A stretch of 52,528 nt of DNA from a virus (IMGVR_UViG_3300032332_001158:1-52528); one strand, 5' to 3'; counted from the stretch's first letter, positions 10,481 to 20,934 are shown. The notes: generated from the letters alone by a model not told the origin. Made by a program: numbers and translations.

Positions 10481-12913
10481 TTATTGGGGTTTAACAGTAT
10501 TTGTTAAGTTTGTTTCATTCACAGCAGTAGCTATTTCTTTTTCATTTAACATTACATGAGTATGAATAACTATAGTTTGAGGTGAAGAAGCAGGTGCAGA
10601 TGAAGCGGTAGTTGGTTTATTAGTAGTAAGATATGCTTTGTCTTGTTTAATACCTTGCATAACTGGTTTTAATTCTCCTTGCTGGAATGAAGATACAACT
10701 GGTCCACCATTTGGGTCAAGTCCCATTGCTCCATCTTTTACTTGAGCGGCGCTACTTTCAGCTGAGTTAGAAGCAGAGTTCATAGCATATACCGCTGTTC
10801 CTATACCTGCTGCTATAGCTAATGCTCCTAAGCCTAAAGTTAAAGCAGATGCTGAGGCTATAGCTGCTATTGCTCCTTGAATCATTGAAAATGCCCATAA
10901 TCCTGCTAACCCACCTAATGCTCCTATAATTACTTTTATAGCTGTTGAGTTAGATAATATAGTAGCAAAAGCATTTAAAATTGAACTTATAGGGCCATCT
11001 GCTATGCTAACAAATATATCTTTTAATTTTTCAACAGCTTGATTAAAACGTTCTTGAACACTTTGTTGTTCATATTGTCTAGCTAAAGCATCATCGCCTA
11101 ACTTAGCAGCTGCTTCTTCAGCTGTCATAGTTTTACGATATTCCTCATATTTAGCTTTAGCTTCTTCAGCTGTTTTGGCTCCTACTTTTTGTAATGCTTC
11201 TTGTTCAACTAATGAAGCAGCCAATTCTTCTCTACTCATACCAACAGCTTTAGCAAATGCTTCTTGTTGAATACGATTCATTTTACTAAATTCAGCTGAT
11301 CCTCCAATTTGGTTATTGATTTCTTCTGCTACTGTTGCTATGTCTCCATTTAGGGCTGCTAATCTAGCTCTTTCAAGATTAATTTGCTTGCCAGTTAATA
11401 ATTCTGCTTCTAATTCAGCTGTGATACTATCTTCAAATTGAAGTAATGATCCTGCTATTTTATCTACTTGATCTAATGTTACACCTAATGCTTTAGCTTG
11501 AATAGCAGCTTCAGCTAATCCTTTTGCTCCTCCACCAATAGATAATTTCATAGCTGCAGAAGCATTTAATGTTTCTTTCATTAACTGTTTAACATTTATC
11601 GCTAAACCTTTTTGAGCCGCTAATGCTTCAGCTCCACCTAAAAATTCTTCGGATGTTTGTTCAACACTTTTACCTGTTACTAAAGACATTTTATACATAG
11701 CTGTTAATTCTTCATTAGTGAATCCAGCTTGTTCTCTTAATTTAGTAAAAGTAATTAAATCTTCTTTATTTATATCAGCGTTAGCTCCTAAAGCTTGTCC
11801 AATAGCCATATAACTTTCTTGAAGACCTTTAGTGTTAACTGCAACATCATTAGAAGAGGTAGCTATAGATGATAGTTGTTGTCTAAGACCTAAAGCTCCA
11901 CTATAAGACATATCCATGCTTTTAGCTAATTTACCTGCTCCCTCATCAATGGACTTAAATATATCTATTATACCTTTAAGTAAAAATCCTCCAAGAACTA
12001 ATGGATCTGTAAGAGCATTTTTTATAACAGGACCCATACTTTTAAAAGTTACTCCTAAAGCTTGTGCTCTATTAAGAGGTGCTTTTCCTTCTGCTTCTCG
12101 TTCTTTATTTATCCTTTTAATTTTTTCTTCAACCTCACCTAAAACATCAGACATTCCTGGTAAATCTTTTAATATTGGGATTTTGTTAACTCCTTTTAAA
12201 GCAGCTCCAGCTAATCCCATAGCTTTTTCTATATCTTTAACTTCTTTTTCAGTTACTTCTAAAGAACGATTTAAACCTTTAATGCCTTCATCATTTTCTT
12301 CAATAATAGCTTGATTGTTAGTATAAGCAGTATTAATATTTTGAAGTTCTTTTTCTATAGATTTATGTCGGTCTTTAATTACTTGAAGTCTACGATCTAA
12401 ATATCCAGTAAAAGCTCCTTGTTGTTGCGCTTGTCTAATTTGATTTTCAAGACTTGTTTGAATTGCTTCATTTCGAGCCTTTAAAGTTTCTTGTTCTTGT
12501 CTATTTAGATTTAATAAATTTTGAGTATTTTTTAACCTTAATTGCTCTTGTTTTACTTTATCTTTTAATTTTTCAACTTCTTTAGAAGATAAATTAGTAA
12601 TTCCTTGTTGATATTGTTGAATTTTTTCAGCTATTGATGTTAATCCTCTATATCCTTTTTTAGATTCATTTATACCTAAATTTTGTTTACTAATTTCTTG
12701 GGTAATTTGGTGAAAAATATCTAAAGCATTACTAACATCTGAGGCTAATTTAGCATATTCTCTACGTAGTCTTTCTAATTCTCCACGAGCTACACCAATA
12801 TTTTGGGCATTTAAAGCCGCTGCTTCAGCTTGAGATTGAGTATAACTATCAATATCTCGGTATAATTTTTTTAACTCTTCTAATTCTCTAGCGGATAATT
12901 GGTTATTTGCCAT
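10481..12913 (-). CDS. tape measure protein
   Basis: 810 aa, Ala/Leu/Gln-rich helical protein with a hydrophobic Gly/Ala stretch near the C-terminus; follows the tube and chaperone genes. Confidence 0.8.
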   Translation of the reverse strand: MANNQLSARELEELKKLYRDIDSYTQSQAEAAALNAQNIGVARGELERLRREYAKLASDVSNALDIFHQITQEISKQNLGINESKKGYRGLTSIAEKIQQYQQGITNLSSKEVEKLKDKVKQEQLRLKNTQNLLNLNRQEQETLKARNEAIQTSLENQIRQAQQQGAFTGYLDRRLQVIKDRHKSIEKELQNINTAYTNNQAIIEENDEGIKGLNRSLEVTEKEVKDIEKAMGLAGAALKGVNKIPILKDLPGMSDVLGEVEEKIKRINKEREAEGKAPLNRAQALGVTFKSMGPVIKNALTDPLVLGGFLLKGIIDIFKSIDEGAGKLAKSMDMSYSGALGLRQQLSSIATSSNDVAVNTKGLQESYMAIGQALGANADINKEDLITFTKLREQAGFTNEELTAMYKMSLVTGKSVEQTSEEFLGGAEALAAQKGLAINVKQLMKETLNASAAMKLSIGGGAKGLAEAAIQAKALGVTLDQVDKIAGSLLQFEDSITAELEAELLTGKQINLERARLAALNGDIATVAEEINNQIGGSAEFSKMNRIQQEAFAKAVGMSREELAASLVEQEALQKVGAKTAEEAKAKYEEYRKTMTAEEAAAKLGDDALARQYEQQSVQERFNQAVEKLKDIFVSIADGPISSILNAFATILSNSTAIKVIIGALGGLAGLWAFSMIQGAIAAIASASALTLGLGALAIAAGIGTAVYAMNSASNSAESSAAQVKDGAMGLDPNGGPVVSSFQQGELKPVMQGIKQDKAYLTTNKPTTASSAPASSPQTIVIHTHVMLNEKEIATAVNETNLTNTVKPQ

Positions 12914-12952
12914 AATTTAAGTATATATGATAAATATTTAAGAATTAAAGGA

Positions 12953-13273
12953 TTAATATTTAGGTGTTTTCCCCATCTTACCTTTATAATGTGATGGTAA
13001 GTCTATTTTTCCTTCTTTAATCTTTTGAGATTGAGTAGCTAAATCTTCATTTTGAGAAGCATTTTGTTTTTCATAATATTCTCTCATTTTATTAAAAGTA
13101 AATTTACGTAACCAAACAGGCATATTGTAGACTGTTTCCCAATCATAGCCACCTTGACCATGAAAAACTATTTCATGAATTTGAGAAAATAAATTAGCCC
13201 TTATTATAGGGATATTATCAGATGTCAGGCCAAAAAAAGCTAAGTCCAACTGGAATAGCGACTTTGAGATCAC
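12953..13273 (-). CDS. gp51-like / tail chaperone C-terminal frame, probably reached by frameshift from 13218..13949
   Basis: IHEIVFHGQGGYDWETVYNMPVWLRKF motif; no ATG before the conserved-looking part; overlaps the upstream gene at a T7 run. Confidence 0.6.
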   Translation of the reverse strand: MISKSLFQLDLAFFGLTSDNIPIIRANLFSQIHEIVFHGQGGYDWETVYNMPVWLRKFTFNKMREYYEKQNASQNEDLATQSQKIKEGKIDLPSHYKGKMGKTPKY

Positions 13274-13949
13274 TTCCTTCGGGAAAAAAGGTCAGATCAA
13301 CGTCTGGCTGAACCTCCTTTATGTACTCCCTTAACGCTCTGGAGTCACGAGCTAACAATTGATTATCAACAAATTCACGAATGTCTTTCATTTCTCTATT
13401 TCCTCCAACTGAGGTGATAATATATTTCATTCTTGTTGATAAGTCTGCTGAAGAATTTTTGTTTATTTTTTTAAGCCCTTCTAATTCAGCATTTATTTTT
13501 TTCTCATCTTTACCTGTTAATAATTTAAAGGTAATAGGAATACCTGAGTGAGGTAAAGTAAAATTAAAATCGTTTTGTCCTTTTTTAAATACTTTAGTAT
13601 CTAGAGGTTTGTTTTCAATTGTAGTTAAATCTACTTCTTGTGTCTCACCACCCCAAGTAAATGTATAATCTTTACCATATCCTAATATGCGAGCTGCTAC
13701 TAGAACAGCGTTTTTATCGCCTACAATTAGGTCTCCATAATCTACATCGGAAACAATGAGTGATTTGACTAACTCATCTAATACTGTACCTTTACTGATA
13801 TAATTTTGGTTGGTTAATATATCTTCTTCACGAGCTGTCATATATTTCATCTCAATTTTACCACTTGATAAAGGAGATGATTCTGAATAGACTAGACCTT
13901 GAGAAGGTAATTCGACAATTTCTGTCGGCATTTTAAATTGATTTTCCAT
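13218..13949 (-). CDS. baseplate hub assembly / tail assembly chaperone (T4 gp26-like)
   Basis: VELPSQG..Y, MKYMTAREEDIL, GDKNAVLVAARILGYG; ends SFFWP. Confidence 0.75.
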   Translation of the reverse strand: MENQFKMPTEIVELPSQGLVYSESSPLSSGKIEMKYMTAREEDILTNQNYISKGTVLDELVKSLIVSDVDYGDLIVGDKNAVLVAARILGYGKDYTFTWGGETQEVDLTTIENKPLDTKVFKKGQNDFNFTLPHSGIPITFKLLTGKDEKKINAELEGLKKINKNSSADLSTRMKYIITSVGGNREMKDIREFVDNQLLARDSRALREYIKEVQPDVDLTFFPEGSDLKVAIPVGLSFFWPDI

Positions 13950-13993
13950 AAATTTTATTTACTATAACTTTATTCTTATATAAATATATACAA

Positions 13994-16981
13994 TTACCTA
14001 GCTTCGTAATTTTCCTTCATAAAATTATAATATTTCTTTGTAGGAATCCATTCTTGTGAATATTGAGTTGGAGCTGAACCTAACTCACCTGTTACTTCAG
14101 GAGGATAAACAGTTATTGTATTTGGTGATGTTGTTGTAGTAACTTTATTAATATCTTCAATGTCTAAACCTGTTTGGCTTAATGTATTAGTTTGAGCACT
14201 TGGATTTGAATTTAAATAATAACCAAATCCTGGTCCCCATATTTGACTAAATAAGTTAGGTGCTCCGTTAAATTCTCCTTGAACAAATAAAGGATAAATT
14301 GTTGGGTCAATATTTTGAACTGTAGTTGGAGATGAATTGCTGTTACTATTATCTAAATCAGTTTGTCCTAAAGTATTAACTTGTTGATTACCAGCATTGC
14401 TAATAATAGCATTATAATTATCTAGGTAACTTTGTCCTGGATTTGGGTTATATAGTGGTGTAAATTGTGATGGTGCTCCTTGAAACTCACCTAAGTATGT
14501 TTGGGCAGGTTGAGGATAGTTTGTAGGAGCAGTTATAGTATTAGGTACAAAAGTAGTATTAAACGCTAGTAAATTTGTATTATCTAAACCTGTTTCACCA
14601 CCTAAAACAGTGTTAGGCTGTATATTAGGGTTATAATTAATAATATATTGATTAGTAGGCCCCCAAACTTGAGTATATTGGTTTGGAGCAGTATTAAATT
14701 CTCCTTGTACAAATTGTGGGTATTGAGTCACAGTTGAAGGAGTAGTTGTAGTAGAAACTAAGTTTTGATCCTCAATATCTAATCCAGTTTGATCTAAAGT
14801 ATTTGGTTGAGTATTAGGATTATAGTTAGCATCGTAAGTATTATTTGAACTCCATACTTGAGTATATTGATTAGATGCTCCTCCAAATTCACCTGTAGCT
14901 ATAGATGGATATTGAGTTATAGTACTTGGAGTTGTTGTTGTAGGAGCAGTTGTATTATCAGTATTGTCTAATCCAGTGAGTGAAAGTGTACTTGGTTGTA
15001 TATTAGGGTTATAACTAATAATATATTTGTTATTAAAATCCCATATCTGGTTAAATTGAGTTGGGGCCCCATTAAATTCTCCTTGAGTAAATTGTGGATA
15101 TTGAGTAAATACACCTGGTGTGGTAGTAGTTGGAGCGAAATTGCTATTAGTGTTATCTAATCCAGTTTGACCTAAAGTATTAGGTTGGGTAAGAGGATTA
15201 TAACCATTAATATATTGATTAATTGGATTCCAAATTTGAGTATATTGGTTAGATACACTTCCAAATTCTCCTGATGCTAAAGTAGGATAGGTGGTAGGAG
15301 CACTAATAGCATTAGGGGTAAATGTTATAGTATTGGGGTTTTCTACATCTAAACCTGTTTGGCTGAGTGTATTGACTTGAGCATTACCTGCTAAAGTAAT
15401 TATATTACTATAGGTGTTTAAATAACCAAATCCAGGATTATATTGAGGAGTAAAATTAGTGGTAGGTAATGCTCCATTAAATTCTCCTAAATTTGTTTGT
15501 GGGGGAGCTGGGTATGAAGTATTATCTATAGGTACTAAAGTAGTAGGAACAAATTGAGGATTTGTATTGTCTAAACCTGTTTCATCTAAAGTTGTTGATT
15601 GTAATGTATCAAAATTAACAGGACTATTAACATAAGCACTCTCATATGTGTTGTTAGGTCCATACTGTGAGATATATTGAGTAGATGCTCCTCCAAATTC
15701 TCCTGTAGCTTGATTTGGATAATTAGTAGGGGTTGAAGGTGTAGTTGTAGTAGGAGCAGATATAGGATTTATATTATCTAACCCTGTTTGGCCTTGAATA
15801 ATAGTATCAGATTGTATATTAGGGTTATAATTAATAATGTATTGATTATTAGGACCCCAAACTTGGCTATATAAATTAGGTCCACTATTAAATTCACCTT
15901 GAACAAACTGTGGATATTGAGTAGGATCAAAAGGAACAGTTGTTGTAGGAGCTGCATTAGAATTAGTGTTATCTAAACCTGTTTCATCTAATGTTGTTGG
16001 TTGTAGTGTGTCAAAGTTTATAGGATTATTAACATAATTATTTTCATAAGTATTGTTAGGTCCGTATTGTGAAGAATATTGGTTAGAATTAGATCTAAAT
16101 TCACCTGTTGATTGATTTGGATATTGAGTAGGATCTACTGGTGTGGTAGTTGTGGGAGCAGATGCTGGGTTAATATTGTCTAATCCTGTTTGGCCTTGAA
16201 TAATAGTATTAGGTTGGGTATTAGGATTAAATGTGTTTAAATAAGTACTAGTTGGAGTATATATTTGATTAAAGTTATCACTTTTACCTCCAAATTCTCC
16301 TGATGCTAAACTTGGGTATGAAGTATTAGTACTAGGAGAAATTGTTGTTGATATTAAACCTATATTTTCTACATCTAAACCGGTTTCATCTAAACTATTA
16401 GGTTGAACATTTGGATCATAAGTATTTAAATATGTGTTATTAGGACCATATATTTGAGAATATTGGTTTGAAACAGAGTTATATTCACCTGTAGCTAAAT
16501 TAGGATAACTAGTATTATTGATAGGTGATACTGTAGTTGGAACTGCATTTGGATCTGTATTATCTAATCCAGTCTCTGGTAATGATTGGGCTAATGGGCT
16601 TGTTGGAGCACCTACCACTACATCATTATAATTAATAACAGGAGACCATATTTGTAAAAATTGAACTGCACTTTGTCCTAATCCACCTACTGCTGTAGCT
16701 GGATAAACTGTTAAAGTATTAGGAGTAGTAGTTGAAGGTATAAAATTAGGATTATCTACATCTAATCCAGTTTCTGCTAGAGTTGAAGGTTGAATACCAA
16801 CATTTGTTCCCCCAGTGAATGAGTTTACATAAGTATTATTTGAATCCCATACTTGTTGAAATTGAGTAACACCTGTATTAAATTCTCCTGTAGGTGTTCC
16901 TACTGGGCCATTACCTTGAGTGGGTATTTGTTCTACATCTAATGTAGTTTTATTTTGAATGAATAAATCTAATAAACCCAT
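13994..16981 (-). CDS. 995-aa tandem-repeat protein (about 15 units)
   Basis: recurrent TGLD...YP...GEF...Y.Q unit; own promoter motif right after the tube terminator. Confidence 0.75.
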   Translation of the reverse strand: MGLLDLFIQNKTTLDVEQIPTQGNGPVGTPTGEFNTGVTQFQQVWDSNNTYVNSFTGGTNVGIQPSTLAETGLDVDNPNFIPSTTTPNTLTVYPATAVGGLGQSAVQFLQIWSPVINYNDVVVGAPTSPLAQSLPETGLDNTDPNAVPTTVSPINNTSYPNLATGEYNSVSNQYSQIYGPNNTYLNTYDPNVQPNSLDETGLDVENIGLISTTISPSTNTSYPSLASGEFGGKSDNFNQIYTPTSTYLNTFNPNTQPNTIIQGQTGLDNINPASAPTTTTPVDPTQYPNQSTGEFRSNSNQYSSQYGPNNTYENNYVNNPINFDTLQPTTLDETGLDNTNSNAAPTTTVPFDPTQYPQFVQGEFNSGPNLYSQVWGPNNQYIINYNPNIQSDTIIQGQTGLDNINPISAPTTTTPSTPTNYPNQATGEFGGASTQYISQYGPNNTYESAYVNSPVNFDTLQSTTLDETGLDNTNPQFVPTTLVPIDNTSYPAPPQTNLGEFNGALPTTNFTPQYNPGFGYLNTYSNIITLAGNAQVNTLSQTGLDVENPNTITFTPNAISAPTTYPTLASGEFGSVSNQYTQIWNPINQYINGYNPLTQPNTLGQTGLDNTNSNFAPTTTTPGVFTQYPQFTQGEFNGAPTQFNQIWDFNNKYIISYNPNIQPSTLSLTGLDNTDNTTAPTTTTPSTITQYPSIATGEFGGASNQYTQVWSSNNTYDANYNPNTQPNTLDQTGLDIEDQNLVSTTTTPSTVTQYPQFVQGEFNTAPNQYTQVWGPTNQYIINYNPNIQPNTVLGGETGLDNTNLLAFNTTFVPNTITAPTNYPQPAQTYLGEFQGAPSQFTPLYNPNPGQSYLDNYNAIISNAGNQQVNTLGQTDLDNSNSNSSPTTVQNIDPTIYPLFVQGEFNGAPNLFSQIWGPGFGYYLNSNPSAQTNTLSQTGLDIEDINKVTTTTSPNTITVYPPEVTGELGSAPTQYSQEWIPTKKYYNFMKENYEAR

Positions 16982-17004
16982 ATTATTTTATTATAAATAT
17001 TAAG

Positions 17005-17037
17005 AAAAGAAAAGCCCACATTACTGTGGGCCTTTTT
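17005..17037 (-). terminator. intrinsic terminator after the tail tube gene (possibly bidirectional)
   Basis: GCCCACA-4 nt-TGTGGGC hairpin with T-tracts on both strands. Confidence 0.8.
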
Positions 17038-17055
17038 ATGTTTAAATAGTGGATA

Positions 17056-17544
17056 TTAGAAGTTTAATACGCAATAATCCATTCCAACAGTCATTGTGAT
17101 ATTTACAGCTTGGTTTTCAGTATCCCAGTTATAATCACCAAAGTTAGCTTCTTTAATAAATGCGCCTTTTATAATCCATTCACTAACAACATCACCTACA
17201 GGTCCTAAAACGTCTAATACTAAGTCCTTTTTATAAAAGTCTGAGTAACCATCTCTACCTGTTACTGATTCGTGATGTAAACGTACCCATTCCATTACTG
17301 ATTGAGCTCCAGAAGGTGTGATTGGATCGAATAGGGTCATTTGAATATCACCCCATGTTGTTTTTCCTTTAACCTTTCTGTATACGTTAATATGGTTTAG
17401 TACTACTTCACCCTGTGATACAGTTACAGCGTTTACTCCTTTAACTAGGTAACTAGGAACACCATCCATATAAAGGATGAATCTGTTAGCCTGTTTTGGT
17501 TCGAAGGCTGTGAAGAATATTTCGTTTGCGTTTAATATTGCCAT
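17056..17544 (-). CDS. gp19: tail tube protein (T4 gp19-like)
   Basis: FEPKQANRF, KGKTTWGDIQMTLFDPI, GDVVSEWIIKGAF; directly after the sheath gene. Confidence 0.85.
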   Translation of the reverse strand: MAILNANEIFFTAFEPKQANRFILYMDGVPSYLVKGVNAVTVSQGEVVLNHINVYRKVKGKTTWGDIQMTLFDPITPSGAQSVMEWVRLHHESVTGRDGYSDFYKKDLVLDVLGPVGDVVSEWIIKGAFIKEANFGDYNWDTENQAVNITMTVGMDYCVLNF

Positions 17545-17581
17545 TGTCTTTTATTTATTATAAATATTCAATCTTTAAAAA

Positions 17582-19720
17582 TTATGCTGGGAAACTTGCT
17601 CCAGTTGGGGTAATATTGAAATCTAAGTAAATGAATTCAGCTGTTTTAGTTGGTTGTAAATAAATTTGACCTACTAATTCGTTTCTATCAATTACATCAG
17701 CTGTATTGTTAGTACTATCCATTACTACTTTGAAAGCATATAATCCTTGTCTTTGTTGAACGTTTTCTAAGTATGGGTTTACTTGAGCTAAGAAGTTATT
17801 TCTTGTAGCAATTGTATTTTGTTCAAATACTAATGTGTTAGCTACTTGAGAAATATAACTCTTAAGTGCAATTAACAATCTACGAACGTTAACACGATCA
17901 AGAGCAGAAGCTTGAGTTTGCAATGTTTTCTGACCATATACTACTACACCCTGTCCTGGGAATGTTGCGATCGGGTTTACTTTACCTTGATATAAACTAT
18001 CACGGTATGATTGAGGTAATTTTTGTTCTGTACGAACAACATTTCCTAATCCACCACGATTAATACCTGCTGGTGCAAACCATGGTTCAGAAACACTATC
18101 ATTGTAAGCATATACTCCTGCAATTACAGTTGAAGCTGGTACCCAAACTAAGTTACCTGTAGCTGGGTCACTTACTTGGCACCATGGCCAGTAAGCTGTA
18201 GCATAAGATGAATTTATCGCTGCCGCCTGAGCTGTTACAGTTGTAACACTTGAGCCATATGGTACTAAATCTGTTACATAAATGTTATCACCTCTATTTT
18301 GAGTATTTGTTATGATTGTAGAAATAGCGTTCGTATAATCAAAACGATATAAACCTGGTGTGAATAAAATATTGAATTGATAATCATCTTTATTATTCAA
18401 TAAGTTATACATGTTTATATAATCTGAAGCATATAATCCTTGAGTATTAGTCGCGTCTATTTTATCATAAAATTTTGCAGATGAATCTAAAAGTGAAGAA
18501 GTAAATGGATTACCAGTGGCTGTACCAAAAGCACCATTACTTGCTAATGGGATAGAGGCAGTATAAATTGTTTTAGCTACTCCATTATTATCTAAATAAT
18601 CTGGGGTTAATGAATTAACACTTTTAACTCTTACATATCTAGAAGCATTAACATAACTTCCACTATATTCCATTTGGTTAGTAGATGGATTATAATTTAG
18701 TGTAGAATCTCCTAATAATTTAGAAATAAAGTTGCTTGATTTAGGATCTAATGATAAGTTAGTCCATGTTTCTAACACAATAGGACTATTTGTAGTGTCA
18801 TTACCTTGTCTAATTAATAAATCAAATGTTCCATCTGCTGTGTTAGGATTAACTACTTGCCATCTTATATTATCTACTGATCCACTTGGTAATGCTCCAG
18901 CTGAATCAAGTGTACTCTCACTATTCATTACAATTCCTTCACCAATAGTCTCTAAAGTGAATGACGCTGTGTAATTACCTGTAGTTCCTCCTCCAAAAGC
19001 TGATCCTGACCAACTTCCTAATTTAGTAGTATTCCAGTTTGAAGCAGAAGCAAATACATATATGTTGTTATATGTTGCTACTTGAGATATAGATGAAGAT
19101 ATAGTTAAAGTTGCGGAGGAATTACTAGCTGATAGTCCATGATATATAAATGTATTATTTATCTTGATAGAGGCTGAAGCCGCTGTGTCAGCTGCATTAG
19201 AGCCACTAGGAAAGAAAAAATAAGAGACATTTGGAGTAATTTTATCAGCTGGGGCTCCTGAAGCAGTAGGTATAAAGATATACTGTACTAATGGAGATGA
19301 TCCACTATTTGAAAATACACCAAAAGCAGTTTGACTAGCTGTTACAGCAGTTATTGTTAAACTAGCTGTCGCTACTCTAGCTCCAGTTACTAACGCACTA
19401 TTTACAGATGCTGTTGCAGGAGTCCAACTTGTAGCGTCACGCACTGTTCTAGCTATTAATAATGATTTTCCACCATTTTGGAAATAATTATACGCCGCTA
19501 TTGAAGTAAAGTAAGTATAAGTATTACTAGCACTGATAATGGTTGTTCCAAATTTATTAACGAAGTCACTATAAGATGTAACTACGGTAGGTATTTCTAC
19601 AGGTCCTTTAGCTGTTGGACCTATAATAGCGGCACCTACAGATACCGGTCCTTGAGTTACAAATGAACTATCATTTTCTCTTGCTAGTACACCTGGGGAT
19701 AATAAAGTTTCTACTGCCAT
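17582..19720 (-). CDS. gp18: tail sheath protein (T4 gp18-like)
   Basis: LSPGVLAREND, PWFAPAGINRG, GQKTLQ, DRVNVRRLL motifs. Confidence 0.95.
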   Translation of the reverse strand: MAVETLLSPGVLARENDSSFVTQGPVSVGAAIIGPTAKGPVEIPTVVTSYSDFVNKFGTTIISASNTYTYFTSIAAYNYFQNGGKSLLIARTVRDATSWTPATASVNSALVTGARVATASLTITAVTASQTAFGVFSNSGSSPLVQYIFIPTASGAPADKITPNVSYFFFPSGSNAADTAASASIKINNTFIYHGLSASNSSATLTISSSISQVATYNNIYVFASASNWNTTKLGSWSGSAFGGGTTGNYTASFTLETIGEGIVMNSESTLDSAGALPSGSVDNIRWQVVNPNTADGTFDLLIRQGNDTTNSPIVLETWTNLSLDPKSSNFISKLLGDSTLNYNPSTNQMEYSGSYVNASRYVRVKSVNSLTPDYLDNNGVAKTIYTASIPLASNGAFGTATGNPFTSSLLDSSAKFYDKIDATNTQGLYASDYINMYNLLNNKDDYQFNILFTPGLYRFDYTNAISTIITNTQNRGDNIYVTDLVPYGSSVTTVTAQAAAINSSYATAYWPWCQVSDPATGNLVWVPASTVIAGVYAYNDSVSEPWFAPAGINRGGLGNVVRTEQKLPQSYRDSLYQGKVNPIATFPGQGVVVYGQKTLQTQASALDRVNVRRLLIALKSYISQVANTLVFEQNTIATRNNFLAQVNPYLENVQQRQGLYAFKVVMDSTNNTADVIDRNELVGQIYLQPTKTAEFIYLDFNITPTGASFPA

Positions 19721-19771
19721 GTTTTTAGATGTGTTTTATTTTAGTTATAAATATTCTAAGGGGTGTCGAAA

Positions 19772-20023
19772 TTATGAAGTAGGGATAAATTCTCCTTTTT
19801 CTAAATCAATACTTCCATCTCCATATTTTTGTTGGAGTTGTTTACCTATTTGTTCTTCTTCTTCAAGTTGTTTTTGAAGAGTTTGTTTTAATTTTTGTTT
19901 TTCTTTTTCTAAAATTAAAACTTTATATTCTAATAAACCTAATTGTTCAATTAATAATGATTGATTTGATTGAATTGTTTTTAAAGATTGAATTTCTTCT
20001 TGAGTTAAAACTTGTTTTTCCAT
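19772..20023 (-). CDS. small coiled-coil protein, possible fibre assembly chaperone
   Basis: 83-aa heptad pattern ending KYGDGSIDLEKGEF. Confidence 0.6.
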   Translation of the reverse strand: MEKQVLTQEEIQSLKTIQSNQSLLIEQLGLLEYKVLILEKEKQKLKQTLQKQLEEEEQIGKQLQQKYGDGSIDLEKGEFIPTS

Positions 20024-20045
20024 AATTTATTATTTGTAATAAATA

Positions 20046-20933
20046 TTATGTCTGATGTTTATATTTGGTAATTTGATAATTATTTTGGACTTCTTGAGGA
20101 GTAAGGCATACGTTATATATTAAAACTTGGGATAAATCTGCGTTCATCATATTAGCTGTTGAGGTCCAATTGTTTCTTCCTATTATTATTTGATTAGAAG
20201 TATAAGTAATACTATTAGTTAATATAGCTGAGTTCTCTAATTTTCCATTTATATATAAAGAAAGTACGTCTCCTGTGTTATTTCTGGTTAATGTAAAACC
20301 TACATTCCACCATGTATTAATTGTAAAAGTAGTTGTTGATAAAATAGATAATGAATTAGCATCTAAATATGATCCAGTATAAAATATAGCTGAGACAAAT
20401 TTTCCACTAGAACCAATTAGTTGCCATTGAGCCTGAGTTGTTCCTGTGTTTGGCCTTTTATTTATATACCAATTTTGCGCCTGTGTTATTGCTTTAGGTC
20501 GTACCCATAAAAATACACTTAATGGACCTGTTGTTTCTTGAATTGGGTTTAATCTAAAAGCATTATTTTGATTTGGGTTTGCAATTGCAGAAAATGTGTT
20601 TATAAAAACACTATTGTTTAAATAAGAAGATGATAGAGGAAAAGCTGAAGATGAAAAGCTAGTTATTTGTTGTGGGGTTCCACCTGCTACTACTGCTTTA
20701 ATTGGGAAGGCATGATTATTATTGCCAGATAAATCATTCCATCTTCCTGGCCATGTTAGTATAGATGAGCTATCGTTTGTTACAGAAAAGCTTCCTGAGT
20801 TAAAATCATAAGCAGTGTATGTTGATGGGGAAGCATCTAAATGTACTACTAAATTTCCTTTTCTAGCTAATTGATTAACTGTTAATCCTCCACTAACTAT
20901 TAAAGATCCACTAACTGTTAAAGTTGATATCAT
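20046..20933 (-). CDS. LamG/concanavalin A-like lectin domain virion protein
   Basis: LVVHLDA, WNDLSGNNN, WWNVGFT, LYINGKL, IYNVCLTPQEVQNNY. Confidence 0.8.
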   Translation of the reverse strand: MISTLTVSGSLIVSGGLTVNQLARKGNLVVHLDASPSTYTAYDFNSGSFSVTNDSSSILTWPGRWNDLSGNNNHAFPIKAVVAGGTPQQITSFSSSAFPLSSSYLNNSVFINTFSAIANPNQNNAFRLNPIQETTGPLSVFLWVRPKAITQAQNWYINKRPNTGTTQAQWQLIGSSGKFVSAIFYTGSYLDANSLSILSTTTFTINTWWNVGFTLTRNNTGDVLSLYINGKLENSAILTNSITYTSNQIIIGRNNWTSTANMMNADLSQVLIYNVCLTPQEVQNNYQITKYKHQT

Positions 20934-20934
20934 A

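Noticed and set aside
13994-16981. CRISPR array or diversity-generating retroelement in the repeated DNA
   Set aside because: The repeats are degenerate, codon-phased and inside one ORF; there are no identical repeats with unique spacers, no reverse transcriptase and no adenine-specific variation.
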